The notes beneath the pieces were generated by a model. The model was not told the origin of the DNA and searched no databases. It was given only the letters and a program-made list of their open reading frames with translations. Positions 1 to 10,487 of a stretch of DNA of 64,000 nucleotides are shown here, piece after piece. The translations under genes were made by a program, and so were the position numbers. Positions within the stretch are counted from its first letter, which is position 1, and each line of letters starts with the position of its first letter. Origin of the DNA: Gemmatimonadaceae bacterium (GTDB lineage: Bacteria; Gemmatimonadota; Gemmatimonadetes; Gemmatimonadales; Gemmatimonadaceae); assembly GCA_045803545.1 (NCBI GenBank), contig JBJMOW010000002.1, positions 160,001 through 224,000 on the forward strand. The letters are read 5' to 3'.

Positions 1-2203
1 AGCGGGCGGGCACCGCTTCAAGTTGGGCGGATTGCTCAACGAGCAGCGCAGCTCAGTGGGTTTCACGCCGAATCGATTCGGCACTTTCTATTTCAACTCG
101 CTCGCTGACTTCGACGCGGGCACGCCGACGCAATTCACCCGCACGCTGTTCGCGCGCGATCAACAATCCGCGACCGATAACTTCGGCGCCTACATTGGCG
201 ATTCGTGGCGTATCAGCCCGAAGCTCCAACTCACCTATGGCTTGCGTGCGGAAGGATCGCGTTACCCCGATAAGCCCGAGTACAATCCGGAGGTCGAGGC
301 TACTTTTGGCCGCCGCACCGACAATCTGCCCACTGATTTCCGCGTCAGTCCACGCGTCGGCTTCACTTCCTTCATCGGAGAATCGCAGTTTGGACCGCCG
401 CCACTGACACTGCGTGGCGGATTCGGCGAGTTCCGCGGCACCGCGCCGGCGCAGTTGTTCGCCAGCGCACTCAATGCAACCGGGTTGAACAACGGTCAGG
501 CGTTGCTGACGTGTATTGGACCGTCGGCGCCCACTCCCGATTGGGCGTCGTATTTGAACGACCCGTCGACGATTCCGACCACATGCAACGGCGGCACATC
601 GGTCTTTGCGAATCAGCGGCGCAACGTCACCGTTTTTGACCCCGCATTCTCGGCGCCACGTGCGTGGCGTGCATCTCTGGGGATGAACCGGCGCTTCTGG
701 GATCGCTATTCGTTCTCGATCGACGCTGGTTATGCGCTTGGCCTTTCGCAGACGGGACAGACCGACATCAACCTCGACACGGTGCCGAAGTTTACGTTGG
801 TAAATGAACGTGATCGACCGGTTTATGCTCCGCCGAGTGCGATCGTTCCGGCGACGGGGGCCGTGCCGCTGATTGCGTCGCGCGTGTATCCGCAGTTTGC
901 GAGCGTCGGTCAAGTGACATCCAATCTGAAATCGAACACGAAGCAATTGACGTTTGGGCTCAACGGGCTCACCACCAAAGGCCTGCTGCTCAACGCGTCG
1001 TACACTCTGACGAGCTCCTACGATCAATCCCAGGGCTTCGCACAAGGATACGCGCAGGGCTTTGGCGGCAGCGCCGGATCCACGGCGGGCAATCCGAACG
1101 TCGTCGAGTGGGGACGCAGCGACAATGGGCGTCGCAGTGCATTCCTGGCTACGATCACCTATCCCATCAAGCCAGCCTTCGAGCTGACGGCGATCGGGCG
1201 CGCGGTTTCAGGCGGATTCTTTTCTCCAATGGTGAGCGGTGACGTGAATGGCGATGGTCGCGCCAACGACCGAGCGTTCATCTTCAATCCGGCGGACGCG
1301 CTGGCACGCGGCGACACTGCAGTAGGCAATGGAATGACGCGCCTCCTCGCCAATACGTCGGCACGCGCCCGCGAGTGCCTGCTCAGTCAGATGGGCAAGG
1401 TTGCTGACCGTAGCAGCTGCTCGACTCCGTGGTCGCCATCGCTCGACTTACAGGCGAATATCCGCCCGGCTGGCTTCGGGCTGGACCGCCGCCTCACAAT
1501 CTCCGTCTCGACGATGAACGCGCTCACCGGCCTCGATCAACTACTTCACGGTAACGACCATCTTCATGGCTGGGGTCAGCCATCATTCCCCGATCGCACG
1601 CTTCTTTATGTGCGTGGGTTCGATCCAGCGACCAATACATACCAATATCAGGTCAACGAGCATTTTGGTGCCACGAATGGAACGCGGAACGCGTTTCGAG
1701 TTCCATTTCAGATCGCAATTCAGGGGCGCCTGACACTCGGGACGGATCCCGCACGCCAGCAATTCAACAATGTCGTCGGCCGCGGTGCGGGCGGCAGAAT
1801 GAACGCCGAGGCGCTCAAGGCGCGAATGACACGCCTGGTGCCAAATGCCTTCGTCGACATCATCGCAATCAACGACTCCGCCAAGCTCGAACTCACACCA
1901 GATCAAATCGCCAAGCTACAGACTGCGGGCGACGCGTTCAAAGTGAAATCCGATTCACTAATCGACAGGGTCGCCAACATCCTTGGCGATTCAACGGTCA
2001 AGAATCCGGACCCGATGACCGTTTTCGCCAAAGTTCAGCCGTCGATTGCAGAAGGACGGAAGCTGGCGACGCAAGCGATCAACGATGCGAAAGCGATTCT
2101 TACGCCGGCGCAATGGGCGAAGGTGCCGGATAGCATCAAGACACCAGGTTTGCGGCGCGGTGACGGCGAGGGCCGGTCTGGGCGAGGTGGCCCCGGCGGC
2201 TAG
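1..2203 (+). CDS. TonB-dependent receptor-like (Oar-type) outer membrane protein, 5'-truncated by the window edge, with a helical C-terminal extension
   Basis: Frame open from the window start. Amphipathic beta-strand patterns (YIGDSWRISPKLQLTYGLR, SPRVGF), GDVNGDG motif, then two LTxxQ motifs at the C-terminus. Confidence 0.8.
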   Translation, partial: AGGHRFKLGGLLNEQRSSVGFTPNRFGTFYFNSLADFDAGTPTQFTRTLFARDQQSATDNFGAYIGDSWRISPKLQLTYGLRAEGSRYPDKPEYNPEVEATFGRRTDNLPTDFRVSPRVGFTSFIGESQFGPPPLTLRGGFGEFRGTAPAQLFASALNATGLNNGQALLTCIGPSAPTPDWASYLNDPSTIPTTCNGGTSVFANQRRNVTVFDPAFSAPRAWRASLGMNRRFWDRYSFSIDAGYALGLSQTGQTDINLDTVPKFTLVNERDRPVYAPPSAIVPATGAVPLIASRVYPQFASVGQVTSNLKSNTKQLTFGLNGLTTKGLLLNASYTLTSSYDQSQGFAQGYAQGFGGSAGSTAGNPNVVEWGRSDNGRRSAFLATITYPIKPAFELTAIGRAVSGGFFSPMVSGDVNGDGRANDRAFIFNPADALARGDTAVGNGMTRLLANTSARARECLLSQMGKVADRSSCSTPWSPSLDLQANIRPAGFGLDRRLTISVSTMNALTGLDQLLHGNDHLHGWGQPSFPDRTLLYVRGFDPATNTYQYQVNEHFGATNGTRNAFRVPFQIAIQGRLTLGTDPARQQFNNVVGRGAGGRMNAEALKARMTRLVPNAFVDIIAINDSAKLELTPDQIAKLQTAGDAFKVKSDSLIDRVANILGDSTVKNPDPMTVFAKVQPSIAEGRKLATQAINDAKAILTPAQWAKVPDSIKTPGLRRGDGEGRSGRGGPGG

Positions 2204-2263
2204 CGTGCACGGGTTGTGCGGGGGTATTCTCCCTCGTCGTCCTACCCTCATGCTACGCCAAAA

Positions 2264-2938
2264 ATGAAAGGCCTTTTTCGCCGTCTCGGCTGTCTCTTGC
2301 TCATCATCGTACTAGTACTGATTGCCTGGTACTGGTACGCCCGCGTCGAAGCAAAACCGTCAGTGACCGGGATGAACGCCGCCGCGATCGATGTCGCGAC
2401 CGGACCTGCGAACAGCGGGTGGCAATCGTTTACGCCGGCCGATGCCGATCGCGGCCGTGCAGTGCTGCAGGCATTCGATCGCCCGTCAGGGCCGGTGTTC
2501 GTCAACCTGACCCCCGCCGAAGCCGGCTCATATTTACTCGCCTCGTTGAACCGTCAGCTACCACAATCCGCTACCAACGCACAGGCCGCAGTTATCGGCA
2601 ATCGTCTGTACGTTCGCTCGGAAGTCGCATGGAAGGATTTCGGAGACTCCCGGGCGCTTGGCTCGATTCGCATGCTACTCGGCGAGCGTGACAGCGTCCT
2701 CTTCGGCGGAACGATCAAGATGATTCATCCCGGCCTCGCCGCCTTCACCGTCGAGGAAATGAAGCTTGGCAAGTTCGACGTGCCTGCTGCCTTACGCGGC
2801 AAGCTCATCGACGAGGCCAAGAAGCGTCGGTCCGTTGCGGGAGTGGCTCAGGATGCTCTACCGGTGACACTGCCGTCGTACATTTCGGATGTGCGAATCG
2901 AGAACGGCAAAATCACCCTCTACAAGAGCGCCCATTGA
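2264..2938 (+). CDS. hypothetical membrane-anchored protein
   Basis: ATG at 2264 gives MKGLFRRLGCLLLIIVLVLIAWYWY (basic residues plus a TM anchor). Stop overlaps the next start (TTGA). Confidence 0.7.
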   Translation: MKGLFRRLGCLLLIIVLVLIAWYWYARVEAKPSVTGMNAAAIDVATGPANSGWQSFTPADADRGRAVLQAFDRPSGPVFVNLTPAEAGSYLLASLNRQLPQSATNAQAAVIGNRLYVRSEVAWKDFGDSRALGSIRMLLGERDSVLFGGTIKMIHPGLAAFTVEEMKLGKFDVPAALRGKLIDEAKKRRSVAGVAQDALPVTLPSYISDVRIENGKITLYKSAH

Positions 2939-4302
2939 GCAGGCGAATACTCGTCGTCGACGACGAGCCAGGTATTCGGGCTGCGCTCGGCCAGCTGCTT
3001 GAGTACGAAGGGTACGAGGTAAAGGCGCTGTCGAGCGCGCAGGAAGGCATCGGCGAGTTTCAGAAGTGGCGGCCGAACCTCGTCTTTCTCGATGTAAAAA
3101 TGGCTGGCATGGACGGCATGGAAGCGCTGAAGAAGATTCGCGAGCTGGATCCGACAGCGCTCGTGGTGATGATCAGCGGCCACGCTACGATTCGCACGGC
3201 TGTAGAGGCGACCCAGGCCGGCGCGTACGAGATCCTGGAGAAGCCGCTCGACACCGACCGCATCCTGGTGATGCTGCGCAACGCGTTTTCCAACCTGGAG
3301 CTTCAGGAAGAGAATTCGCGACTCCGCCAGTCGATCGACGCGCCATTTGAGATTGTTGGGAAGAGTCCGGTGATGCGAGCACTGATGGACAAGGTAGAAA
3401 AAGTTGCTGCAACACCGGCTCGCGTCCTGATCACGGGCGAAAACGGAACGGGTAAGGAGCTTGTCGCCCGCGCACTGCATCGCCAATCGTCACGGGCCAA
3501 CAAGCCATTCGTCGAGGTCAACTGCGCAGCGATTCCCGGCGAGCTGATCGAGAGCGAACTGTTCGGCCACATGAAAGGCTCCTTCACGGGCGCCGTTGCC
3601 GACCGTGCCGGAAAATTCGAGCAGGCCAACAAGGGCACACTCTTTCTCGACGAAGTGGGCGACATGAGTCTAGCGGCCCAGGCGAAGGTGCTGCGCGTGC
3701 TGCAGGACAATGTCATCACCCGAATTGGGGGCTCCAAGCCAATCTCGGTCGATGTGCGGGTGATTGCCGCGACCAACAAGACCCTTGAGAGTGAAATCGC
3801 CGCCGGGACCTTCCGCGAGGATCTCTATTACCGCTTGAACGTCGTACCAATTCACGTTCCACCGATTCGGGAACGACGCGAAGACATCCCAATGCTCGCG
3901 CAGTACTTCGTGTCGACACTTTCCGCGCGCGAGGGAATTACCCCACGCACATTTGCGCCCGATGCGCTCGAGCGCTTAAGCGGGCTTGACTGGCCGGGTA
4001 ACGTTCGTGAGCTGAAGAACACGGTGGAGCGTCTGTTGATTCTGGCGCCCGACACTCAGATCAGTGCGCGCGACATCGACCGTCTTGCCGGGCAACGAGC
4101 GCTCGACGATGCAGGATTGGCTACGCTGACGCAGTGCCGCACGTTCGAGGAGTTCAAAGAGGCAGCAGAGCGCGCCTTTCTGCTCAACAAGCTGCGGGAG
4201 TTCGACTGGAACGTGTCGGAAACCGCGCGCGCCGTGGAAATGCCGCGGTCCAATCTTTACAAGAAGATCGAGCGTTACTCGCTGTCGCGTGAGCACACCT
4301 GA
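2935..4302 (+). CDS. sigma-54-dependent response regulator, NtrC/NtrX family
   Basis: Receiver domain (ILVVDDE, FLDVKM), AAA+ Walker A GENGTGKE, ESELFGHMKGSFTGA, LFLDEV, WPGNVREL, Fis-type HTH. Confidence 0.93.
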   Translation: MSRRILVVDDEPGIRAALGQLLEYEGYEVKALSSAQEGIGEFQKWRPNLVFLDVKMAGMDGMEALKKIRELDPTALVVMISGHATIRTAVEATQAGAYEILEKPLDTDRILVMLRNAFSNLELQEENSRLRQSIDAPFEIVGKSPVMRALMDKVEKVAATPARVLITGENGTGKELVARALHRQSSRANKPFVEVNCAAIPGELIESELFGHMKGSFTGAVADRAGKFEQANKGTLFLDEVGDMSLAAQAKVLRVLQDNVITRIGGSKPISVDVRVIAATNKTLESEIAAGTFREDLYYRLNVVPIHVPPIRERREDIPMLAQYFVSTLSAREGITPRTFAPDALERLSGLDWPGNVRELKNTVERLLILAPDTQISARDIDRLAGQRALDDAGLATLTQCRTFEEFKEAAERAFLLNKLREFDWNVSETARAVEMPRSNLYKKIERYSLSREHT

Positions 4303-4334
4303 GTGACGTTCGCGTCCACAACGAAACAATCGAG

Positions 4335-5828
4335 ATGAAAAAGTTCAACAACTTCATTGGCGGGAAGTGGGTCGCCCCGGAATCGGGTGAATACTTCGAC
4401 AATCGCAATCCCGCCGATCGCGGCGACGTCATTGGCAGATTCCCGCTGTCTGACCGGCGCGACGTCGAGAGAGCGGTGGAGAGCGCGAAGCGTGGATTTG
4501 CGCGCTGGCGGCGCACTCCTGCACCCGCGCGCGGCGATGTGCTCCGCGTTGTGGGCGATTTGATGACACGGCGAAAGGAAGAAATCGCCGATGCGATGAC
4601 GCGCGAGATGGGCAAGCCACTCCAGGAGACGCGCGGAGACGTACAGGAAGGAATCGACACCGCCTACTACGCCGCGAGCGAAGGCCGCCGGCTGTTCGGC
4701 AGAACGGTCCCCAGTGAGCTGCGCAACAAATGGGCGATGAGTTATCGCCGGCCGATCGGCGTCGCCGGTTTGATCTGTCCGTTCAATTTCCCGATGGCGA
4801 TCCCGACCTGGAAAATGTTTCCGGCGCTGGTCTGCGGTAATGCGGTGATCTTCAAACCCGCCGAGGATGTCCCTCACACGGGAACGCTACTGGTCGAGAT
4901 TCTGATCGAAGCCGGCCTACCGCCAGAAGTCATCCAGCTCGTGCACGGCCGTGGGGAAGATGTCGGTGCCGCCATCGTCGATCATCCGTCGATTCCGCTG
5001 ATTTCGTTCACCGGATCGACGGAGACAGGACGCATCGTAGGGGAGACATGCGGCAGGCTTCACAAGCGTCTTTCGCTCGAGATGGGCGGAAAGAACGCTC
5101 AGATCGTGATGGACGATGCCGACCTGGATCTCGCACTTGAAGGCGCGCTATGGGGTGCGTTCGGCACGACGGGCCAGCGCTGCACGGCGACCAGTCGGCT
5201 GATTCTACAGAAGAAGATTCACGACAAGTTCGTGGGTATGCTCGAGGGCCGCGCGAAGTCGCTCAAGCTTGGCGACGGCCGCAAGAAGGGAACTGACGTC
5301 GGCCCGCTCATTAACGAGGATGCTGTCAGAAAAGTTCAGACCTATGTCGACATCGGCCAATCTGAAGGGGCGGAGCTCGTGATCGGTGGTGAGCGACCAT
5401 CCAAGCTGTCGAAAGGAAATTTCTTCCGGCCGACGATCTTCACCGACGTCAAAGCGGGTAGTAGGCTCGAGCAGGAAGAAATCTTCGGTCCCGTTTTGTC
5501 GGTTGTTCGCGTCAAGGATGCGGATGAGGCGTTCGCCGTAAATAATGACGTGAAGTACGGTCTGTCGTCTTCGATTTATACGCGCGACGTCAACACGGCA
5601 TTTCGCGCTTTGAACGAGCTCGATAACGGCATTACTTATGTGAACGCGCCGACTATCGGCGCCGAGGCGCACCTGCCGTTCGGCGGCGTGAAGCAGACGG
5701 GCAACGGCCACCGGGAAGGCGGCTGGGAAGTCTACGACTTCTATTCTGAGACCAAGGTCGGGTACGCCGACTTCTCGGGGACGCTGCAGCGGGCTCAGAT
5801 CGACACCTATTTGGGAACGCCGGACTGA
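4335..5828 (+). CDS. aldehyde dehydrogenase family protein
   Basis: [20 protein letters not shown], catalytic GQRCTA, EEIFGPV, PFGGVK motifs. Confidence 0.95.
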   Translation: MKKFNNFIGGKWVAPESGEYFDNRNPADRGDVIGRFPLSDRRDVERAVESAKRGFARWRRTPAPARGDVLRVVGDLMTRRKEEIADAMTREMGKPLQETRGDVQEGIDTAYYAASEGRRLFGRTVPSELRNKWAMSYRRPIGVAGLICPFNFPMAIPTWKMFPALVCGNAVIFKPAEDVPHTGTLLVEILIEAGLPPEVIQLVHGRGEDVGAAIVDHPSIPLISFTGSTETGRIVGETCGRLHKRLSLEMGGKNAQIVMDDADLDLALEGALWGAFGTTGQRCTATSRLILQKKIHDKFVGMLEGRAKSLKLGDGRKKGTDVGPLINEDAVRKVQTYVDIGQSEGAELVIGGERPSKLSKGNFFRPTIFTDVKAGSRLEQEEIFGPVLSVVRVKDADEAFAVNNDVKYGLSSSIYTRDVNTAFRALNELDNGITYVNAPTIGAEAHLPFGGVKQTGNGHREGGWEVYDFYSETKVGYADFSGTLQRAQIDTYLGTPD

Positions 5829-5849
5829 CGACGGCGGTATAGACGGACC

Positions 5850-6596
5850 ATGGACGGATACGAAGAAAAGCGACGACACGCTCTGCAGCTGGCCAACCGA
5901 AGAAGGACCGGTGGCACGCTCGCGTTCCTTGGCCACTGGGCGAAGATCGTCGTCATTTCTCTCGCGCTCTTCATCGTGATCCGAGCTTTCGGCGTCGAGG
6001 CGTTCAAGATTGCGAGCGGCAGCATGGAGCACACCTTGTTCGAGGGTGACTTCCTGTTGATCAACAAGCTCGTATATGGGGCCGGAATCCCGGGCGTTGG
6101 CCGAAAACTTCCCGCCCTACACGCGCCACGGGACGGCGACGTCATTGTCTTCACCTATCCGGTCGATCCGCGGCTCAATTACGTGAAGCGAATCGTGGGC
6201 ACGCCGGGCGACACGCTCGCGATGCGCGAAGGCCTGCTCGTTCGCAACGGGCGCACGGTGCAGGAGAACTACATCCAGCGTACGCCCGGCGAGCCCGACC
6301 AATCAGACGACGATTTCCGCTGGCAGAAAGCCTATTTGGTAGGAAACGCGGCGGTCGAAGACTACCGTCCATCCCGTAACAACTGGGGCCCTCTGGTCGT
6401 CCCTGCTCATGACTACTTTGTCCTCGGCGATAATCGCGACAACTCGTCCGATTCGAGGTACTGGGGCTTCGTGGCCGACTCTCTTGTGCGCGGCCAGCCG
6501 CTGGTGGTCTATTATAGCTACGCGCCTGACACCGGCGACAAGCTGGATTGGTTGACGCGTTTACGGTGGAAGCGCTTCGGAGAGCTGATACACTAG
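5850..6596 (+). CDS. lepB: signal peptidase I
   Basis: TM segment, then IASGSMEHTL (Ser), YVKRIVG (Lys), GDNRDNSSDSRYWG. Confidence 0.93.
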   Translation: MDGYEEKRRHALQLANRRRTGGTLAFLGHWAKIVVISLALFIVIRAFGVEAFKIASGSMEHTLFEGDFLLINKLVYGAGIPGVGRKLPALHAPRDGDVIVFTYPVDPRLNYVKRIVGTPGDTLAMREGLLVRNGRTVQENYIQRTPGEPDQSDDDFRWQKAYLVGNAAVEDYRPSRNNWGPLVVPAHDYFVLGDNRDNSSDSRYWGFVADSLVRGQPLVVYYSYAPDTGDKLDWLTRLRWKRFGELIH

Positions 6597-6626
6597 TCCG
6601 CAGTTTGCAACAATCGCAAACGGACT
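6595..6626 (+). terminator. stem-loop after lepB (no strong U-tract)
   Basis: AGTCCG..GTTTGC-N7-GCAAAC/CGGACT inverted repeat. Confidence 0.35.
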
Positions 6627-6668
6627 TGGTGCTTCTCTCTGACTACGGGAGAGGGTGACGCTATCGCT

Positions 6669-7526
6669 ATGAAGGCTTCGACGAATCGGAAATCGACCGT
6701 CGACGAAGGATCGCTCGATCAGTATCTGCGGGACATCAGCGCCTTTCCCCTCATCAGCCGCGAGATGGAGGTCGAGCTCGCGAAGCGTATCCGACAGAAG
6801 GATCAGGAAGCACTCGATACGCTGGTGCGGTCGAATCTTCGCTTCGTCGTTTCTGTCGCCAAGAAATATCAGAACCAGGGTGTGTCGCTCTCCGATCTGA
6901 TCAACGAGGGCAACCTCGGTCTTATCCGCGCCGCCCACAAATTCGACGAGACGAAAGGCATCAAATTCATCTCGTACGCTGTCTGGTGGATTCGCCAGTC
7001 GATTTTGCAGGCGCTCGCCGAGCAGTCACGTATCGTGCGCGTGCCGTTGAATCGCGCGGGGACGCTGCATCGGATCGGCAAGCGCGCTAGCAGCCTGCTG
7101 CAGGAGCTCGGACGGCAACCGAGTAACACCGAGATCGCCGAAGGCCTCGACATCAGCGAAGATGAAGTCGCCAAGACCATGATGATCTCTCAGGTGCATC
7201 TGTCGCTCGATGCGCCGATGACGCCGGGCGAGGATAATCGCTTACTCGATTATCTGCCCGACAACATGAATCCGACGCCGGACGAAATCACCTTCGAAAA
7301 GGCGCTGTCAGAGGCGATCGAGGAATCACTGGCGTCGCTGAAGGAGCGCGAGTCCAAGATTCTGCGTCTCTACTTCGGTCTCGACGGCGCCGACCCGATG
7401 ACACTCGAGGACATCGGTACGCTGCTCCAGATCACGCGCGAGCGCGTGCGTCAGATCAAGGAGAAGGCTCTTCTCAAATTGCGCCACAACTCTCGCCGCC
7501 GCTCGCTCGAATCCTTCCTCGGCTAG
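6669..7526 (+). CDS. RNA polymerase sigma-70 factor, RpoD/SigA-like (short, no region 1.1)
   Basis: LDQYLRDI, NLRFVVSVAKKY, DLINEGNLGL, KFISYAVWWIRQ, region 4 TRERVRQI. Confidence 0.92.
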   Translation: MKASTNRKSTVDEGSLDQYLRDISAFPLISREMEVELAKRIRQKDQEALDTLVRSNLRFVVSVAKKYQNQGVSLSDLINEGNLGLIRAAHKFDETKGIKFISYAVWWIRQSILQALAEQSRIVRVPLNRAGTLHRIGKRASSLLQELGRQPSNTEIAEGLDISEDEVAKTMMISQVHLSLDAPMTPGEDNRLLDYLPDNMNPTPDEITFEKALSEAIEESLASLKERESKILRLYFGLDGADPMTLEDIGTLLQITRERVRQIKEKALLKLRHNSRRRSLESFLG

Positions 7527-7565
7527 CCGATACCGATACAGCCAGAGCGCGACCCGCCGGACCGA

Positions 7566-8168
7566 ATGATTTCAATCAGACTCACGGTCCTCAGTCTACT
7601 GAGGCCAATCAATTCATTCGTGCGCGCGTTGATCGGCGCGGGATTGGCCATTGCGTTGGCGAGCGTGCCGAGTGCCGCGCTCGCACAAAGCACGTGGGAT
7701 AGATACAAACCGGGAAGTTTGACTGCTGTGCTGAGTGACGCCGACTCGACCCTGCGCAAATCAAAACGCGAGGTCGATTCCGCGATGCACGCACCTCCGG
7801 ATACGAAACCGAGTGAACATTTTCTTGGCACTCAATACCCGACGCTCGCAACTGTCATCTACCTGGGGCGCTCGCGACCAGTCGATCCCAATCGCCTCGA
7901 GCTGATCTCGGCGTGGGGACGCAGCTTCCTGCGCGACTCAACGATGGCGAAAGATTTCCATCGCGAGTACCTGTTCCAGGAAGGGAAGACTTCGCTATGG
8001 CTTGCCGTACAGGATACCGTTGCCAGCTTCTTTCCCAAAGAGCTGCATCAAGGACAACCCGTGAACCTGTACGTCATGCTCCTGGGTGGCTACTATGACG
8101 CCGGTAAGATTACGTGGGCGTTTATCGTCAACGAATTCAACACCAAGCCGGTCGCACGATCCTTCTGA
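7566..8168 (+). CDS. hypothetical exported protein (true start may be GTG at 7620)
   Basis: Signal-peptide-like stretch ending in AALAQ; no recognised family. Confidence 0.6.
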   Translation: MISIRLTVLSLLRPINSFVRALIGAGLAIALASVPSAALAQSTWDRYKPGSLTAVLSDADSTLRKSKREVDSAMHAPPDTKPSEHFLGTQYPTLATVIYLGRSRPVDPNRLELISAWGRSFLRDSTMAKDFHREYLFQEGKTSLWLAVQDTVASFFPKELHQGQPVNLYVMLLGGYYDAGKITWAFIVNEFNTKPVARSF

Positions 8169-8200
8169 GGGGTAAGAAACTGGACCCATCTGAGCATTCA

Positions 8201-8596
8201 ATGGGCCGCAAAGTCGCGTGGGTGCTCTCGCTCGGACTGCTCCTTTTCACGGGCGCTGTCGGGATCTACAACGGGTTAACCGAGTGGGGCGAAGGGCGCG
8301 GGTCGCTCCAGCGCTCGGTGACTATCGGCGTTTTTTTATACGGCATATTCGGACTCGCCAGCGCTTACGGATTGGTCCGCCGCCAACGCTGGAGCATTCG
8401 CACCGTCATCGCCTGGACGGTCGCGGTTACGTACGTCCCGGGAGTCGCGGTAATGGCGTATGCGGACGAAGATGCAATACTCGGGTCGGCGATCGCAGCG
8501 AGCATCGGGAGTCTTTTGATTGCACTCGGTGTTTTGTGGACGACCAATGTCATGACGAGGCCGGACCCGATTGCACAAGGGATCGAGAAACCTTGA
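8201..8596 (+). CDS. hypothetical four-TM membrane protein
   Basis: ATG at 8201 (MGRKVAWVLSLGLLLF); four hydrophobic segments. Confidence 0.7.
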   Translation: MGRKVAWVLSLGLLLFTGAVGIYNGLTEWGEGRGSLQRSVTIGVFLYGIFGLASAYGLVRRQRWSIRTVIAWTVAVTYVPGVAVMAYADEDAILGSAIAASIGSLLIALGVLWTTNVMTRPDPIAQGIEKP

Positions 8597-9201
8597 TCAA
8601 AGCCGGTGCTTTGTTCGCGATGGTGGTAGTGTTCGCCTGCTCTCACGGATCCGAGGCGCCAAAGGATACAGCGAGCGCGGGGGTTGCAGTTACGTCTACC
8701 GGACCTGCAGGGAGTTATCCGATGACGTTAAGAGTCACGTCCACCGCATTCGAGCAGGGCGGGTCGATTCCAACGCAGTATACCTGCGAGGGTAAAGACA
8801 TCTCACCACCGTTGTCATGGTCGGGCTTGCCGAACAACGCGAAAAGTGTCGCGATGATCGTTGACGACCCCGATGCGCCCGATCCGGCAAAGCCGCGGCG
8901 AGTGTACGTGCACTGGGTGCTCTACAACATTCCCGCGCAGACCACTTCGCTGTCAGAGAATGCGTCGAAGTCCGGAATGCCAGCCGGCGCAGTGCAAGGC
9001 AAGAACGACTGGGATAAACCGGAGTACGGCGGGCCATGTCCCCCGATCGGTCGTCACCGCTACTTCTTCACGCTCTACGCACTCGATACAGTGCTCAGCG
9101 GATTGAACGATGCAACCAAAGCGGACCTCGAGCGAGCGATGAAAGGTCACATCGTCGATTCAGGAGAGCTGATGGGAACGTATCAAAAGACCAAGCCTTA
9201 G
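8593..9201 (+). CDS. YbhB/YbcL family (PEBP / Raf kinase inhibitor-like) lipoprotein
   Basis: TTG start overlapping the upstream TGA; lipobox VFAC; SPPLSW, DDPDAP, HWVLYNI, YGGPCPP, HRYFF. Confidence 0.9.
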   Translation: MIKAGALFAMVVVFACSHGSEAPKDTASAGVAVTSTGPAGSYPMTLRVTSTAFEQGGSIPTQYTCEGKDISPPLSWSGLPNNAKSVAMIVDDPDAPDPAKPRRVYVHWVLYNIPAQTTSLSENASKSGMPAGAVQGKNDWDKPEYGGPCPPIGRHRYFFTLYALDTVLSGLNDATKADLERAMKGHIVDSGELMGTYQKTKP

Positions 9202-9214
9202 AGATTCGCGCGCG

Positions 9215-9252
9215 AAAAAAAAAAGTCGGACGGTGTTTGCCGTCCGACTTTT
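9215..9252. terminator. bidirectional intrinsic terminator between convergent genes
   Basis: AAAAGTCGGACGG-TGTTTG-CCGTCCGACTTTT perfect 13-bp stem with an A10 run on the left. Confidence 0.9.
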
Positions 9253-9272
9253 CCATTGTGGTGAGTCTCAGC

Positions 9273-10388
9273 TCAACGTCCGATCAAACAGCCTTCGATT
9301 TTGACGTTGTCCCAGTTCATCTGCACCAGGAATGGCTTTCCGCCAACGGAAAGGTTCCAATAGCCGAGCGCGTTCCGGGTCAGCGTCGAGCCGTAGTGGT
9401 AGGCGCATTTGTCGGCGTTTTCACCGAAGTTGGTATCATACCAGCCGTAGAAGAACTTCTTGTCCCATACCTTTACCGGGTCGGTAGCGGTTTCCTCGAT
9501 CTCGTGGATCATCGCGCTCACCGTACCATCAGCGCCGACATCTCCGTTAGGGGCTCCGTTCTGCGGAACGCAAAGGTAGTGGAAGCCGTCAGGATTGTTT
9601 GACGGGTGCGCCGGAGTAAAATCGGCATCGTAGGGCATCGCGGAGTACTGAACGATGCGTCCGTCCGGAGCGAGATACGCGGAGTGCCACGCACAATACT
9701 GCAGGTTAGTGCGTGAGAAGCCGCCGCCGAGATTTACGCCGGGACCCGTGAAGATCTGGTAGAGGGTGTTTGGATCGTAAGTGATGGCGCCGCTCGCAAA
9801 CCCTTGCTCGATCAAGGCGGCCATTCTTCCTTGAGTCACGACCTCGCCGGAAACTGGCGCACTCAGTTTCGCGGGGCCGTTCTTCGGCGCCCAGAATCCG
9901 ATGTACCTCATCGAGTTATTGATGTATTCGGTGTTGCCGCCTTCGTTCTGGAAATAAGTCGAGTTGATGTTCCAGTAGGGCGTGCCGCCGATATTCCTGA
10001 GGAAATGGCCGACGAGAGATCCATCACTGCTTGGCGAGCCGGCGCTCCCAGGTCGAGGGCCATTGGTGTAAATGCGGTCGCCCGAATAGTAAATGGCGAC
10101 GTGTTTCATGTCGCGAATCACCGCACCGTTCCAGTAGAGGATGTTCTGCGGATTTGGTCCCGCCACGCCGTCCCTGGCGTCGCGGGTAACAATTGCTGAC
10201 TGCGCTTCCCCTGCCGCTAGCGGCAACGGCTCAGACTTATGGATCGGTGCGAACTGAATACCCGCGCCGATATCGGCATCTTTCGCGACGCCCCCGACAG
10301 TGAGCTGGTGAGTAGCAGTGGGATCTTCAGCGCATGCCGCGAATGCGAACGCCGCTGCGAAGAGAGAGAGGAAACGAAAACGATTCAT
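9273..10388 (-). CDS. lipoprotein with Phi-1/EXORDIUM-like domain
   Basis: Lipobox FAAC; YCAWHS, APNGDVGADG, HEIEETATDP, GENADKC resemble phosphate-induced protein 1 family motifs. Confidence 0.65.
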   Translation of the reverse strand: MNRFRFLSLFAAAFAFAACAEDPTATHQLTVGGVAKDADIGAGIQFAPIHKSEPLPLAAGEAQSAIVTRDARDGVAGPNPQNILYWNGAVIRDMKHVAIYYSGDRIYTNGPRPGSAGSPSSDGSLVGHFLRNIGGTPYWNINSTYFQNEGGNTEYINNSMRYIGFWAPKNGPAKLSAPVSGEVVTQGRMAALIEQGFASGAITYDPNTLYQIFTGPGVNLGGGFSRTNLQYCAWHSAYLAPDGRIVQYSAMPYDADFTPAHPSNNPDGFHYLCVPQNGAPNGDVGADGTVSAMIHEIEETATDPVKVWDKKFFYGWYDTNFGENADKCAYHYGSTLTRNALGYWNLSVGGKPFLVQMNWDNVKIEGCLIGR

Positions 10389-10422
10389 TACAAACCCCTA
10401 ATGTGAATGGTGGAACGCACAC

Positions 10423-10466
10423 AAAAAAAACAAACTCGATGTCCTGCGAAGAACATCGAATTTGTT
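10423..10466 (-). terminator. intrinsic terminator after the S8 peptidase gene
   Basis: AACAAACTCGATGTCCT-GCGA-AGAACATCGAATTTGTT imperfect stem followed by T8 on the minus strand. Confidence 0.65.
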
Positions 10467-10487
10467 GTCAATCGCTTGTCAATTCAG

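Noticed and set aside
3577..3594. GSFTGA instead of GAFTGA in the enhancer-binding protein
   Set aside because: A known, common variant, so not evidence of inactivation or novelty.
8218..8592. Long N-terminal extension of the YbhB-like ORF
   Set aside because: Overlaps the four-TM gene in another frame; the lipoprotein signal begins at TTG 8593.
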